This document shows positions 27,053 to 35,622 of a stretch of 43,628 nucleotides of DNA, one piece after another; positions within the stretch are counted from its first letter, which is position 1, and each line of letters starts with the position of its first letter. The notes under the pieces were generated by a model. The model searched no databases. It was not told the DNA's origin and worked only from the letters and a program-made list of their open reading frames with translations. Source of the DNA: an uncultured Eubacteriales bacterium (GTDB lineage Bacteria; Bacillota; Clostridia; Christensenellales; CAG-138); assembly GCA_902797145.1 (NCBI GenBank), contig CADBRR010000028.1:1-43628 (forward strand), in the 5' to 3' direction. The position numbers and the translations under genes are program-made.

Positions 27053-29239
27053 ATGGAAGCAATAATTATTTCAAGAAAATGCAATGAGTTAGAACCATTA
27101 AACGATAAATCGTCAGATTTGCTATTAAATGTTGTCAATAAAAGAATTATTGACTATATAATCGGATTTTTGAACAATAACGGTATTCATAAAACAACTA
27201 TAATTACCGATAATAATATAACTGATTTGCGAAACTATATAGATAAAAACTATCAAGAAAACAAAAACAATATAAGCATAGAATATCTGAGTCAAGAAAA
27301 AAATCCGATTAGCTTGCTTGAAACATATGTAAACGATACAACGCTTTTAATAAATGGCAACATAATTACAGATTGCGATATATCTTATGCGATTGATTTT
27401 CATAAACGGAGAAATTCTATATTTACAATTATTACTAAAAATTGCAACAATAAATCGGAGTTTGGATATGTGCTTACTGACTATGACGGACTTGTCGTGG
27501 AATGTTCAGATAAAAGAGGTATAAGTGATATAGTGAATTGCGGAATTTATATCATCGAACCATATGCTTTTGAAAATAAAGATTTGTCAAGCATAGAAAA
27601 AGAACTCATACCGCACCTTGTTTCTACAAACGAAATGGTATTTGGCTGTGAAATTGCGGAATATTGGGCGAACATATGTAATTTAAAAACATATTCATCC
27701 GCTTTTAGCGATATTCTTGATGGAAAATGCAATACTTTTAAAATGGTTAAAGATAAATATGGAAATTATATTGGCAATAATGTAAGAGTTTCCCAGAACG
27801 CAAGGATTAAACCACCGGTGTTTATAGGTGATAATGTTACAGTTGGAGAACATACAGTAATAGAGCCGTATTCGTTTATTGGAGAAGGAACGATTATCGG
27901 TCGAAATAACAATATAAAGAACTCTATAATAATGAAGCATACGAGCATAGGCGATAGCATAACAATAAGGGGTGCTGTAATAGGAAAAAATTGTATTATT
28001 TCCAATGGAGTAAATATATATGAGAATGTGGTTTTAGCAGATAATGTATCGGTTGGAGAATGGACAAATATATTTGAATCCGTCAAAGTGTGGGAAAATA
28101 AAATACTTGCGCCAAGAAAAGACTATAATTCCGATATAAAATGGAGTGACAATTACGAAGTAACAGAAAATGTTGGAAACCTACTTAATACGGAATCAGC
28201 ATTAAAAATTGGAAAATATATTGCTTATATAAATAATGTGGGCAGTTATGATAATGTAATTGCATTATCAACAGATGGGAATCCCATAAGTGTTATGCTT
28301 TTGCATAGTGCAGTGTCGGGAGTTATATCGTCAGGGGCAGATGCTATAAAAATAAGCCCTGCGCCTGTTTTTGTTTTAAAGCATATGATAAAACAAAATT
28401 ATTTTGCAGGCGGAATCTATTTATTATATGATGAAGAAAATAATAAACCATGTGCTATCATATTCGATGAAAGTGGTAGGGAATATGATTTAAATAAATT
28501 TATGATAAATGCACTTAAAGTAAATTATAAGGATAATAACATTTATGGTGTGGGTATTATTGAAGATTTGCAAGCTGGACCATATGAATACATATCTGAA
28601 ATTATGGAAAAAGCAGATGTTGATTCTATGCGAAATTATGGTGGTGTATTGCTGATATCCGCCGATTTAATTACAAAAAGAATGATATCTGAATTGTTTT
28701 ATAGATTAGGATGGAAGTGTATTTATACCGATAAATCCGAAGAAGAACTATTGCGTGAAAAAAATATAATCGGTGCAGATATAGCCTGTGAATTGAGAAG
28801 AATGGAAATGAAATTATATTACGAACATAAATTGGATAATTCAGTGCTTGATAATATAATAAAGAATTATAAAAACAGTGACAACAAAGAATATGATATC
28901 GTTGAAAAACTTGTAATAATTTCAGAACTGATTTCGAAAGGCTTGTTCAATGAACTTTATGAATTAAACAATAACATAAAGGAATCTATAAAAACATTAA
29001 GTTGTAACGAAGATGAAAGGGCAAAAATTATTAGAACAGTATCGGAAAACGCATATAAAGACGATATATGGGTAAATGAAAATGATTTTGAAATAAATGA
29101 AAAAAACGGAAAAGTTAAAATAACAAATTCTGTAAATGGAAAAATAAAAATAATAGCAAGTAACGCAAATTATGAATATGCCCAGGAATTATGCGATATA
29201 TACGACAAGCGTTTAAGAAATATATTATATCATAATTGA
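27053..29239 (+). CDS. Degenerate mannose-1-phosphate guanylyltransferase-like domain + left-handed beta-helix + phosphomannomutase-like fusion (probable pseudoenzyme)
   Basis: Nucleotidyltransferase scaffold (AIDFHK, EFGYV, VNCGIYIIEP, YW.NI), hexapeptide repeats (IGNNVRV..ARIKPPVFIGDNVTVG..) and PGM domain-I-like ESALKIG...STDG...AGGIY. Catalytic motifs are absent. SD AAGGA before ATG 27053. Confidence 0.75.
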   Translation: MEAIIISRKCNELEPLNDKSSDLLLNVVNKRIIDYIIGFLNNNGIHKTTIITDNNITDLRNYIDKNYQENKNNISIEYLSQEKNPISLLETYVNDTTLLINGNIITDCDISYAIDFHKRRNSIFTIITKNCNNKSEFGYVLTDYDGLVVECSDKRGISDIVNCGIYIIEPYAFENKDLSSIEKELIPHLVSTNEMVFGCEIAEYWANICNLKTYSSAFSDILDGKCNTFKMVKDKYGNYIGNNVRVSQNARIKPPVFIGDNVTVGEHTVIEPYSFIGEGTIIGRNNNIKNSIIMKHTSIGDSITIRGAVIGKNCIISNGVNIYENVVLADNVSVGEWTNIFESVKVWENKILAPRKDYNSDIKWSDNYEVTENVGNLLNTESALKIGKYIAYINNVGSYDNVIALSTDGNPISVMLLHSAVSGVISSGADAIKISPAPVFVLKHMIKQNYFAGGIYLLYDEENNKPCAIIFDESGREYDLNKFMINALKVNYKDNNIYGVGIIEDLQAGPYEYISEIMEKADVDSMRNYGGVLLISADLITKRMISELFYRLGWKCIYTDKSEEELLREKNIIGADIACELRRMEMKLYYEHKLDNSVLDNIIKNYKNSDNKEYDIVEKLVIISELISKGLFNELYELNNNIKESIKTLSCNEDERAKIIRTVSENAYKDDIWVNENDFEINEKNGKVKITNSVNGKIKIIASNANYEYAQELCDIYDKRLRNILYHN

Positions 29240-29247
29240 AATATATC

Positions 29248-29275
29248 TTGAAAAAAATATAAAAAATGGTAAAAT
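29248..29275 (+). promoter_or_regulatory. SigA-type promoter for trmL
   Basis: TTGAAA-16 bp-TAAAAT with extended TG. Confidence 0.5.
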
Positions 29276-29340
29276 ATAGATATATTAAATTGGATTAGTT
29301 TAATTATATTGTCATAATTGACGATAGATTGGAGATAGTT

Positions 29341-29802
29341 TTGTTCAATATTGTATTGGTTGAGCCGGAAATACCGCAGAATACAGGTAATATTTCAAGA
29401 ACTTGCGCAGTAACAGGTAGTGCACTGCATCTTGTAAGACCATTAGGGTTTAGTGTTGATGATAGATATTTGAAACGTGCAGGTCTTGATTATTGGAAAG
29501 ATTTGGAGCTGCACTATTATGATAGCTTTGATGAACTTGTTGAAAAAAATAAAGGTGCAAGGTTTTTCCTTGCATCGACTCACGCAGAAAAAAATTATGC
29601 GGATTTTGAATATAAAGATGGAGATTTTATAGTTTTTGGTAAGGAAACAGCAGGGTTAGGACCGAGAATATTATCAATGTTTCCCGAAACATCAATACGT
29701 ATTCCTATGCGCCCGCAGCAGCGATCGCTAAATCTATCAAATTCGGTGGCAATTGTACTATATGAAGCACTCAGGCAAAACGGATTTAATGGAATGAATT
29801 GA
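29341..29802 (+). CDS. trmL: tRNA (cytidine/uridine34-2'-O)-methyltransferase TrmL
   Basis: PEIPQNTGNI.RTC, KRAGLDYW, FGKETAGL, RSLNLSNS (SPOUT); TTG start after GGAG. Confidence 0.94.
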   Translation: MFNIVLVEPEIPQNTGNISRTCAVTGSALHLVRPLGFSVDDRYLKRAGLDYWKDLELHYYDSFDELVEKNKGARFFLASTHAEKNYADFEYKDGDFIVFGKETAGLGPRILSMFPETSIRIPMRPQQRSLNLSNSVAIVLYEALRQNGFNGMN

Positions 29803-29833
29803 CAATAGATATTTAGATGAAAGGAACTTAGAT

Positions 29834-30370
29834 ATGAAGCATATCCCAAATATTCTATCAACTTTAAGGATTCTTATGGCAGTAGGGTTTGCTATATTCT
29901 TCTTTAATCATATGTATGTCGAAAGTCTTGTAATTTATGTAATTGCGTTCATTACAGATTTACTCGATGGTTATCTTGCAAGAAAATATAACTGGATAAG
30001 TGATGTGGGTAAGGTTCTTGACCCACTTGCAGACAAGCTTATGCTTATTTGTGCGCTTGTATGCTTCTGCTTGAATGCGTGGGTTCCGTGGGCAATGGCT
30101 GCTGTTGTTGTTCTCAAAGAATTGCTTATGATTATAGGAGGAGCGTGGCTTTATAAGAAAAAAGTTGTTGTCTATGCAGATTTTTTTGGAAAATTCGCAA
30201 CTGGTATGTTCAACGTGGCAATAGTTCTTACGTTTCTTAAAAATGCTCTTAATTGGGAATGGCTTGGAATTTCAAACCTTGTAGTTCTTTCAATAGCAAT
30301 TATTTGCGCAATAATAGCCTTAGTTCATTACGCTAAGGCTAATGGGTTGCTTCCATCAAAAAAAAGTTGA
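29834..30370 (+). CDS. CDP-alcohol phosphatidyltransferase (PgsA-like)
   Basis: PNILSTLR and the D..DGYLAR...G..LD..AD signature. Confidence 0.88.
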   Translation: MKHIPNILSTLRILMAVGFAIFFFNHMYVESLVIYVIAFITDLLDGYLARKYNWISDVGKVLDPLADKLMLICALVCFCLNAWVPWAMAAVVVLKELLMIIGGAWLYKKKVVVYADFFGKFATGMFNVAIVLTFLKNALNWEWLGISNLVVLSIAIICAIIALVHYAKANGLLPSKKS

Positions 30371-30375
30371 TTTAA

Positions 30376-30963
30376 CTATAAAACAATATCCGATAATGAT
30401 TTTATATCAAAAGCATCGAAATATTTGTTTTCAAGCGGAATCCATAAATTTGTGAATTTTTCAAGCGATTCAGCTCCGTTTCTTTCAAGGATTCGGAGCT
30501 TTTGTGTTTCATAATCAATATCCGTAAATATCTTTAAATCATAAAATCCCTGAAGTGTGGGGTGCATACTGTATGATCCCTCTATAATGTTAAGCTTTTC
30601 GGGAGTAACGAATATCTCTTTTGAAAAGTCGCATATAGAGCAATCATATACCCTGTATGAAAATGGTTTGTTACTCTGTATACCATTTATGACTTCCTCA
30701 TAAAACCTTTCGTGGTCTACATTCTCACCCGGTGTTGATAGTCGCTCTGCTGTTCTCATAGATGGAGTGAGAAAAAAATCATCCATATGAAAAACATTTG
30801 CATCATATCTATCTGATATTAGCTTCGCAAGTGTCGTTTTACCGCTTGCACTTTTACCATCAATTGCAACGATAATATTATTCCTGTTAGAATTTAATAG
30901 TAAATCTATTTTGCAGAAAATATTTTCAATTTCAGTTGAGCTTGCTGAGAAATTTTTCAACAT
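30376..30963 (-). CDS. Uridine kinase/phosphoribulokinase-like P-loop kinase
   Basis: IDGKSASGKTT Walker A, HMDDFF, IIEGSYS. Start uncertain (overlaps the upstream gene by 32 nt). Confidence 0.75.
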   Translation of the reverse strand: MLKNFSASSTEIENIFCKIDLLLNSNRNNIIVAIDGKSASGKTTLAKLISDRYDANVFHMDDFFLTPSMRTAERLSTPGENVDHERFYEEVINGIQSNKPFSYRVYDCSICDFSKEIFVTPEKLNIIEGSYSMHPTLQGFYDLKIFTDIDYETQKLRILERNGAESLEKFTNLWIPLENKYFDAFDIKSLSDIVL

Positions 30964-31306
30964 TTATAATAAACCTTTCATGTGTGCCTGTGCCTATAAT
31001 ACCAGTTTCATCTGAAGCTTTAACTTTGAAAACGAGACGCTTTCTGTCAATTTCGATAAGCTCGCTTGTGCAAATAACTTCCTTGCCAATAGGAGTAGCC
31101 TTTATGTGGCTAACATCAATATGAGTACCGACTGTGTCCATACCTTCTTCCATAAATGGAGCAACACTCTCGCTTGCCGTGTATTCCATAAGTGCAATCA
31201 TTGCAGGTGTAGCAAATACATCAAGATGTCCACTTTTATATTTTGATGCAGTATTAGTGCTGTCAACTGTTATTTTTTGAGTTCCTTTAATTCCTGTTTC
31301 TAACAT
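30932..31306 (-). CDS. Hotdog-fold thioesterase (fluoroacetyl-CoA thioesterase FlK-like)
   Basis: VFATPAMIALME, VSH.KATP, GTHERF (Thr/Glu/His/Arg of the FlK family); SD AAGGA. Confidence 0.87.
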   Translation of the reverse strand: MLETGIKGTQKITVDSTNTASKYKSGHLDVFATPAMIALMEYTASESVAPFMEEGMDTVGTHIDVSHIKATPIGKEVICTSELIEIDRKRLVFKVKASDETGIIGTGTHERFIINVEKFLSKLN

Positions 31307-31336
31307 AGTGTTTTTCCTTTCATAAGTTATATTTAA

Positions 31337-31400
31337 ATAATAACACGATTTTTTAAATCAATCAACAGGTATTGATTTTTTACAAAATTGACTATAAAAT
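31337..31400. promoter_or_regulatory. Back-to-back SigA-type promoters (thioesterase operon on -, ogg on +)
   Basis: Minus: TTGATT(31365-31360)-17-TATTAT with TG. Plus: TTGATT(31372-31377)-17-TAAAAT. Confidence 0.5.
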
Positions 31401-31435
31401 ATTATTTATCGACAATATGTACGGAGAATAATTTT

Positions 31436-32293
31436 ATGTATGAAGTTAATTTTATTGATAATAAAGCAGTAATCACCAATCTAAAAAATTTCGACCTTGC
31501 AAAATGTTGTAGTTGCGGACAATCTTTTAGATGGACAGAGAATAATGGTATATGGTCTGCTGTTGCACTTAATAGATTTATTTGCGCTGAGCAGGTTGGC
31601 GAAACACTGACTATCTATCCATGTAACGAAGAAGATTTCGATTTATGGAAAAAGTATTTTGACCTTGATAGGGACTATGATAGAATAGAAAATGACGTTA
31701 GGAATGATAAAACGCTTGCACCTTGCGTAGAATATGCAAACGGAATAAGGATTTTTTCGCAAGACCCGTTTGAAACATTAATTTCATTTATAATTTCAGC
31801 AAATAATAATATCAAAAGAATAAGCAGCTCAATAGATAAGCTTTCACGACTTGCGGGTGAACTTATGGAGGATAATGAACATTATATGTTCCCAACACCT
31901 GATGCAATTGTAAATTTAACAGAAGATGAAATTCGTTCGTGTGGCGTAGGGTTTAGGGCTCCGTATATAAAAGAATCTGCAAAGATGGTGCGTGATGGAT
32001 TTGACTTAAAAAAGCTTAAGGATATGGAACTTGACGAGGCGAGAAAAGAGCTTCAGAAGTTTCCGGGCGTAGGTCCTAAGGTCGCAGATTGCGTATTGCT
32101 GTTTTCACTTTCGCACTATGATGCTTTCCCGATGGATGTGTGGATGGGAAGAGCAATGAGATATTTGTATTTTAAGGATTGCGAACCGACTAAAAAACAG
32201 ATGAATGATACAATAAAAGCACTCGGAAAAGAAGCCGGAATAATACAGCAATACATTTTCCATTATGCTCGTGAGAATAGCATAAAAAACTAA
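31436..32293 (+). CDS. ogg: 8-oxoguanine DNA glycosylase (OGG1-like, HhH-GPD)
   Basis: CGQSFRW, QDPFETLISFIISANNNI, HhH FPGVGPKVAD, FPMDVW, QQYIF; SD GGAG before ATG 31436. Confidence 0.92.
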   Translation: MYEVNFIDNKAVITNLKNFDLAKCCSCGQSFRWTENNGIWSAVALNRFICAEQVGETLTIYPCNEEDFDLWKKYFDLDRDYDRIENDVRNDKTLAPCVEYANGIRIFSQDPFETLISFIISANNNIKRISSSIDKLSRLAGELMEDNEHYMFPTPDAIVNLTEDEIRSCGVGFRAPYIKESAKMVRDGFDLKKLKDMELDEARKELQKFPGVGPKVADCVLLFSLSHYDAFPMDVWMGRAMRYLYFKDCEPTKKQMNDTIKALGKEAGIIQQYIFHYARENSIKN

Positions 32294-32352
32294 TATAGGG
32301 TAGTTTAGGTAGTAAAATTTGCAAAAAAATTACTTTTTATATTCAATAGGTA

Positions 32353-32381
32353 TTGACCCATTGCAAATTTACTGATAAAAT
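32353..32381 (+). promoter_or_regulatory. SigA-type promoter for the EF-G paralog
   Basis: TTGACC-17 bp-TAAAAT with extended TG. Confidence 0.65.
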
Positions 32382-32448
32382 GGAATAAATGCAAATTGTA
32401 TTTATTAATTTGTTATACATAATTCCACCTCAGGGGGTATAATCTACA

Positions 32449-34521
32449 ATGAAAGATTACACAGCTAAAAACATTCGTAACATCGGTATCTTCGGTCATG
32501 GCGGCGAAGGTAAGACAACTTTGACAGAAGCTATGCTTTTCAATGCAGGCGTTATTGAAAGAGTAGGCAAGGTTGAAAACGGAACAACAGTTACTGACTA
32601 CGATCCCGAAGAAAAGAAGCGTAGCATTTCTATCAATGCAGCAATCGCTCCTATCGAATGGAAAGACGTTAAAATTAACCTTATCGATGCACCAGGCTTT
32701 TTTGACTTCTATGGCGAAGTTGCAGCAGCAATGGAACTTGCAGATGCAGCACTTATCGTTGTTGGTGCTGTTTCAGGCCCGGTAGTAGGCGCTGAAAAGG
32801 CAATGAAGATGTGCCATAAGAAGGGTAAGGCACGCATGATGGTAGTAAATCAGATGGATCGTGAAAATGCTAACTTCGAAAAAGTTATGGAGCAGATAAA
32901 CGAAAAGTTTGGTCCTTCAGTAGTTCCTGTACAGCTTCCTATCGTTGAAGGCGGCGCATTCAAGGGCTATGTTGATGTAGTAAATCAGACAGCATATATG
33001 TTTGATGGTAAGGGCGAAAAGGAAGTAGCAATTCCTGCAAATCTCCAGAGCGAAGCAGAAGATTTCTATGGTAAGCTCACAGAAGCAGCTGCTGAAACAG
33101 ATGAAGAACTCATGGAAAAATACTTTGAAACGATGGAACTTTCAAAAGAAGAAATTATTGCAGGTCTTAATAAGGGCGTAAAGAGTGGTGACATTACTCC
33201 TGTTTGCTGCTGTGCTGCACAGCCCAATATCGGTATCGCAACATTGCTTGATAACCTTGTTAAGTATATGCCTTCACCTGATATGGTTCCTGCACGTAAA
33301 GCTGTTGATGCAAAGACAGGTGAACCTGTAGAAATCAAGATGGATGGCAAGTTTGCAGCTCAGGTTATAAAGACAGTTGTTGATCAGTTTGGTAAGTACT
33401 CAATCGTTAAGGTATATTCAGGCGAACTCAATTCAAGTGTTGCTGCATATAATGCAAATGCAGAAAACACAGAAAAGCCAGGTACTGTATATATGATGAG
33501 AGGCGCAAAGAATATTCCTGTTGATAAGATTATCGCAGGCGATATAGGCGCAATGTCAAAGCTTCAGTACACAAAGACAGGCGATACACTTTGTGATGCA
33601 TCAGCTCCTGTTAAGTTTGAAGCAATTGAATTCCCGAAGCCTTGCATTTCACTTGCTGTAACAGCAAAGAAGCAGGGTGAAGAAGATAAGGTATTTGCAG
33701 GACTCAATAAGCTTCTTGAAGAAGATCCTACAGTTTCAATGGAAAAGAACGTTGAAACAGGCGATGTTCTCTTGAATGGTCTTGGCGAAATGCACCTTGA
33801 TGTTATCTGCGCTAAGCTCAAGAACAAGACAGGCGTTGAAGCACAGCTCTCAGATCCGAGAATCGCATATCGTGAAACAATCAGAGCAACAGCTTCAGCA
33901 GAAGGTAAGCATAAGAAGCAGTCGGGCGGTTCAGGTCAGTTTGGTGTTGTACAGATGAAGTTTGAACCTCTCACAAATGGCGAAGATTTCGAGTTCGTAA
34001 ACGCAATCGTAGGCGGTGTAGTTCCTAAGGAATATATCCCTGCTGTTGAAAAGGGTACACGTGAAGCTCTCCTTAAGGGCGTTCTCGCAGGATATCCGAT
34101 GATTGGAGTTAAGGCTACACTTTATGATGGTAAGTATCATCCTGTTGATTCAAAGGAAGTTGCATTTAAGAGTGCTGCAAGGCTCGCTTATAAGGCAGCT
34201 TGTGCAAAGGCAAGCCCTGCTCTTATCGAACCTATCAATTGCTACTATATCACAGTTCCTAACGATTGTACAGGTGATGTAATGGGCAACCTTTCAAGCC
34301 GTCGTGGACGTGTGCTTGGTATGAACCCTGTTGAAGAAGGCACAGAAATCGTTGCAGAAGTTCCTTATTCAGAAATGTTCAAGTATGCAACAGACTTGCG
34401 TTCAATGACACAGGCTCGTGGTTCGTTCAGATATGAATTTGTTCGTTACGAAGATGTTCCTGCAAACGTTGCACAGAAGATCATCGAACAGGCAAAGAAG
34501 GACGAGGAAGAAGAAGAATAA
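32449..34521 (+). CDS. Elongation factor G paralog (EF-G2 / EFG II type)
   Basis: Full five-domain EF-G layout (GLGEMHL, YRETI, HKKQSGG.GQF, DGKYHPVDS, LRSMTQARG) with divergent G motifs; not in an rpsL-rpsG-tuf operon. Confidence 0.92.
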   Translation: MKDYTAKNIRNIGIFGHGGEGKTTLTEAMLFNAGVIERVGKVENGTTVTDYDPEEKKRSISINAAIAPIEWKDVKINLIDAPGFFDFYGEVAAAMELADAALIVVGAVSGPVVGAEKAMKMCHKKGKARMMVVNQMDRENANFEKVMEQINEKFGPSVVPVQLPIVEGGAFKGYVDVVNQTAYMFDGKGEKEVAIPANLQSEAEDFYGKLTEAAAETDEELMEKYFETMELSKEEIIAGLNKGVKSGDITPVCCCAAQPNIGIATLLDNLVKYMPSPDMVPARKAVDAKTGEPVEIKMDGKFAAQVIKTVVDQFGKYSIVKVYSGELNSSVAAYNANAENTEKPGTVYMMRGAKNIPVDKIIAGDIGAMSKLQYTKTGDTLCDASAPVKFEAIEFPKPCISLAVTAKKQGEEDKVFAGLNKLLEEDPTVSMEKNVETGDVLLNGLGEMHLDVICAKLKNKTGVEAQLSDPRIAYRETIRATASAEGKHKKQSGGSGQFGVVQMKFEPLTNGEDFEFVNAIVGGVVPKEYIPAVEKGTREALLKGVLAGYPMIGVKATLYDGKYHPVDSKEVAFKSAARLAYKAACAKASPALIEPINCYYITVPNDCTGDVMGNLSSRRGRVLGMNPVEEGTEIVAEVPYSEMFKYATDLRSMTQARGSFRYEFVRYEDVPANVAQKIIEQAKKDEEEEE

Positions 34522-34548
34522 TTCTATTTGTACAGAATTTAAACCTAT

Positions 34549-34581
34549 GTGGGTGTGCATCCGTGCGCACCCACTTATTTT
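34549..34581 (+). terminator. Intrinsic terminator after the EF-G paralog
   Basis: GTGGGTGTGCA-TCCG-TGCGCACCCAC followed by TTATTTT. Confidence 0.85.
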
Positions 34582-34586
34582 GATAT

Positions 34587-35477
34587 ATGAAAAATAAAGA
34601 TAAAGATATAGAAAAATATAATAACGAAATATTGAATAGATTGAGCATTTTTCTTAATGATATTCCCAAAAGCATAAAGAAAAACGATGTAGAAGATATA
34701 GAAATTCAATTTAATCTCAGCAAAAAAGAAGCTTTCTCTATATTGCTTGGAGCTTGCCTCGGTCTTGATATTGCGGATAATAAATTCGATAGAGAAATAT
34801 ATAACCTCTATTTTTCTAATATGATTCATTTTGAGGATATAAAAAAATACCACGATGATTTGTATTATAAAAACATAAGGTTCAATGATATTTCAAACGG
34901 AAAATGGACTTTAAAATTTGAAACGATTGATGCTTATGAACCATTTGTATGCGACGATATGGTTGAAATGGATGATGGTAGAGTTATCCCACAAATAGGA
35001 TTTTTTGATTGTGAATATAGATTTCCTGCAGTACTTGAAAATGACAGGGAATGGATGACGCTACTTCCTAATGAAACAAATTCGCAAAAAGAAGCGATAG
35101 ATGAAGCTTTCGGTAATGTTGTAACATATGGAATGGGACTGGGGTATTTTGCATATATGGTTTCTCAAAAAGAAAATGTTAAACAAGTCACCGTTGTTGA
35201 AAGAGATGAATCCGTTGTTGATTTGTTTAAAAAGCATATTTTGCCACAGTTTGATAATAAGGATAAAATTAAAATTATAGTATGCGATGCTTTTGAATAC
35301 GCAGAGAAGATTGCGCCACAGCAGAAGTTCGATTTTATGTTTGCCGATATATGGCATGATGTCGATGACGGAATAGATTTATATAAGCGTTTTAAAAATC
35401 TTGAATATTTGAACGCAAATACGAAATATATGTATTGGCTAGAAAAGACGATGAAATGCTATTTAAAGAATATATAA
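34587..35477 (+). CDS. Uncharacterised class I SAM-dependent methyltransferase-fold protein (spermidine synthase-like)
   Basis: YGMGLGYF motif I, VTVVERD motif II, CDAF, FDFMFADIW. Confidence 0.65.
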   Translation: MKNKDKDIEKYNNEILNRLSIFLNDIPKSIKKNDVEDIEIQFNLSKKEAFSILLGACLGLDIADNKFDREIYNLYFSNMIHFEDIKKYHDDLYYKNIRFNDISNGKWTLKFETIDAYEPFVCDDMVEMDDGRVIPQIGFFDCEYRFPAVLENDREWMTLLPNETNSQKEAIDEAFGNVVTYGMGLGYFAYMVSQKENVKQVTVVERDESVVDLFKKHILPQFDNKDKIKIIVCDAFEYAEKIAPQQKFDFMFADIWHDVDDGIDLYKRFKNLEYLNANTKYMYWLEKTMKCYLKNI

Positions 35478-35489
35478 ATTAAATAGTTA

Positions 35490-35518
35490 TTGAGAAATTA
35501 TCGGGTAAATGTTATAAT
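35490..35518 (+). promoter_or_regulatory. SigA-type promoter for the ftcD-hutI-fchA cluster
   Basis: TTGAGA-17 bp-TATAAT with extended TG. Confidence 0.75.
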
Positions 35519-35622
35519 ATAAATGTGCATAGATTTTGCGCATATGTGATTAAAGAAATAAAAAAACAAAAATATATATGAAAGGGCATATTGCGATACT
35601 CGCATTGTAAAGGTATTAGAAA

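Noticed and set aside
31355-31378. AAATCAAT-N8-ATTGATTT palindrome between divergent genes
   Set aside because: Largely explained by back-to-back TTGATT -35 boxes in AT-rich DNA.
32319-32398. Three TGCAAA copies around the EF-G2 promoter
   Set aside because: Short AT-rich word, irregularly spaced and frequent throughout the window.
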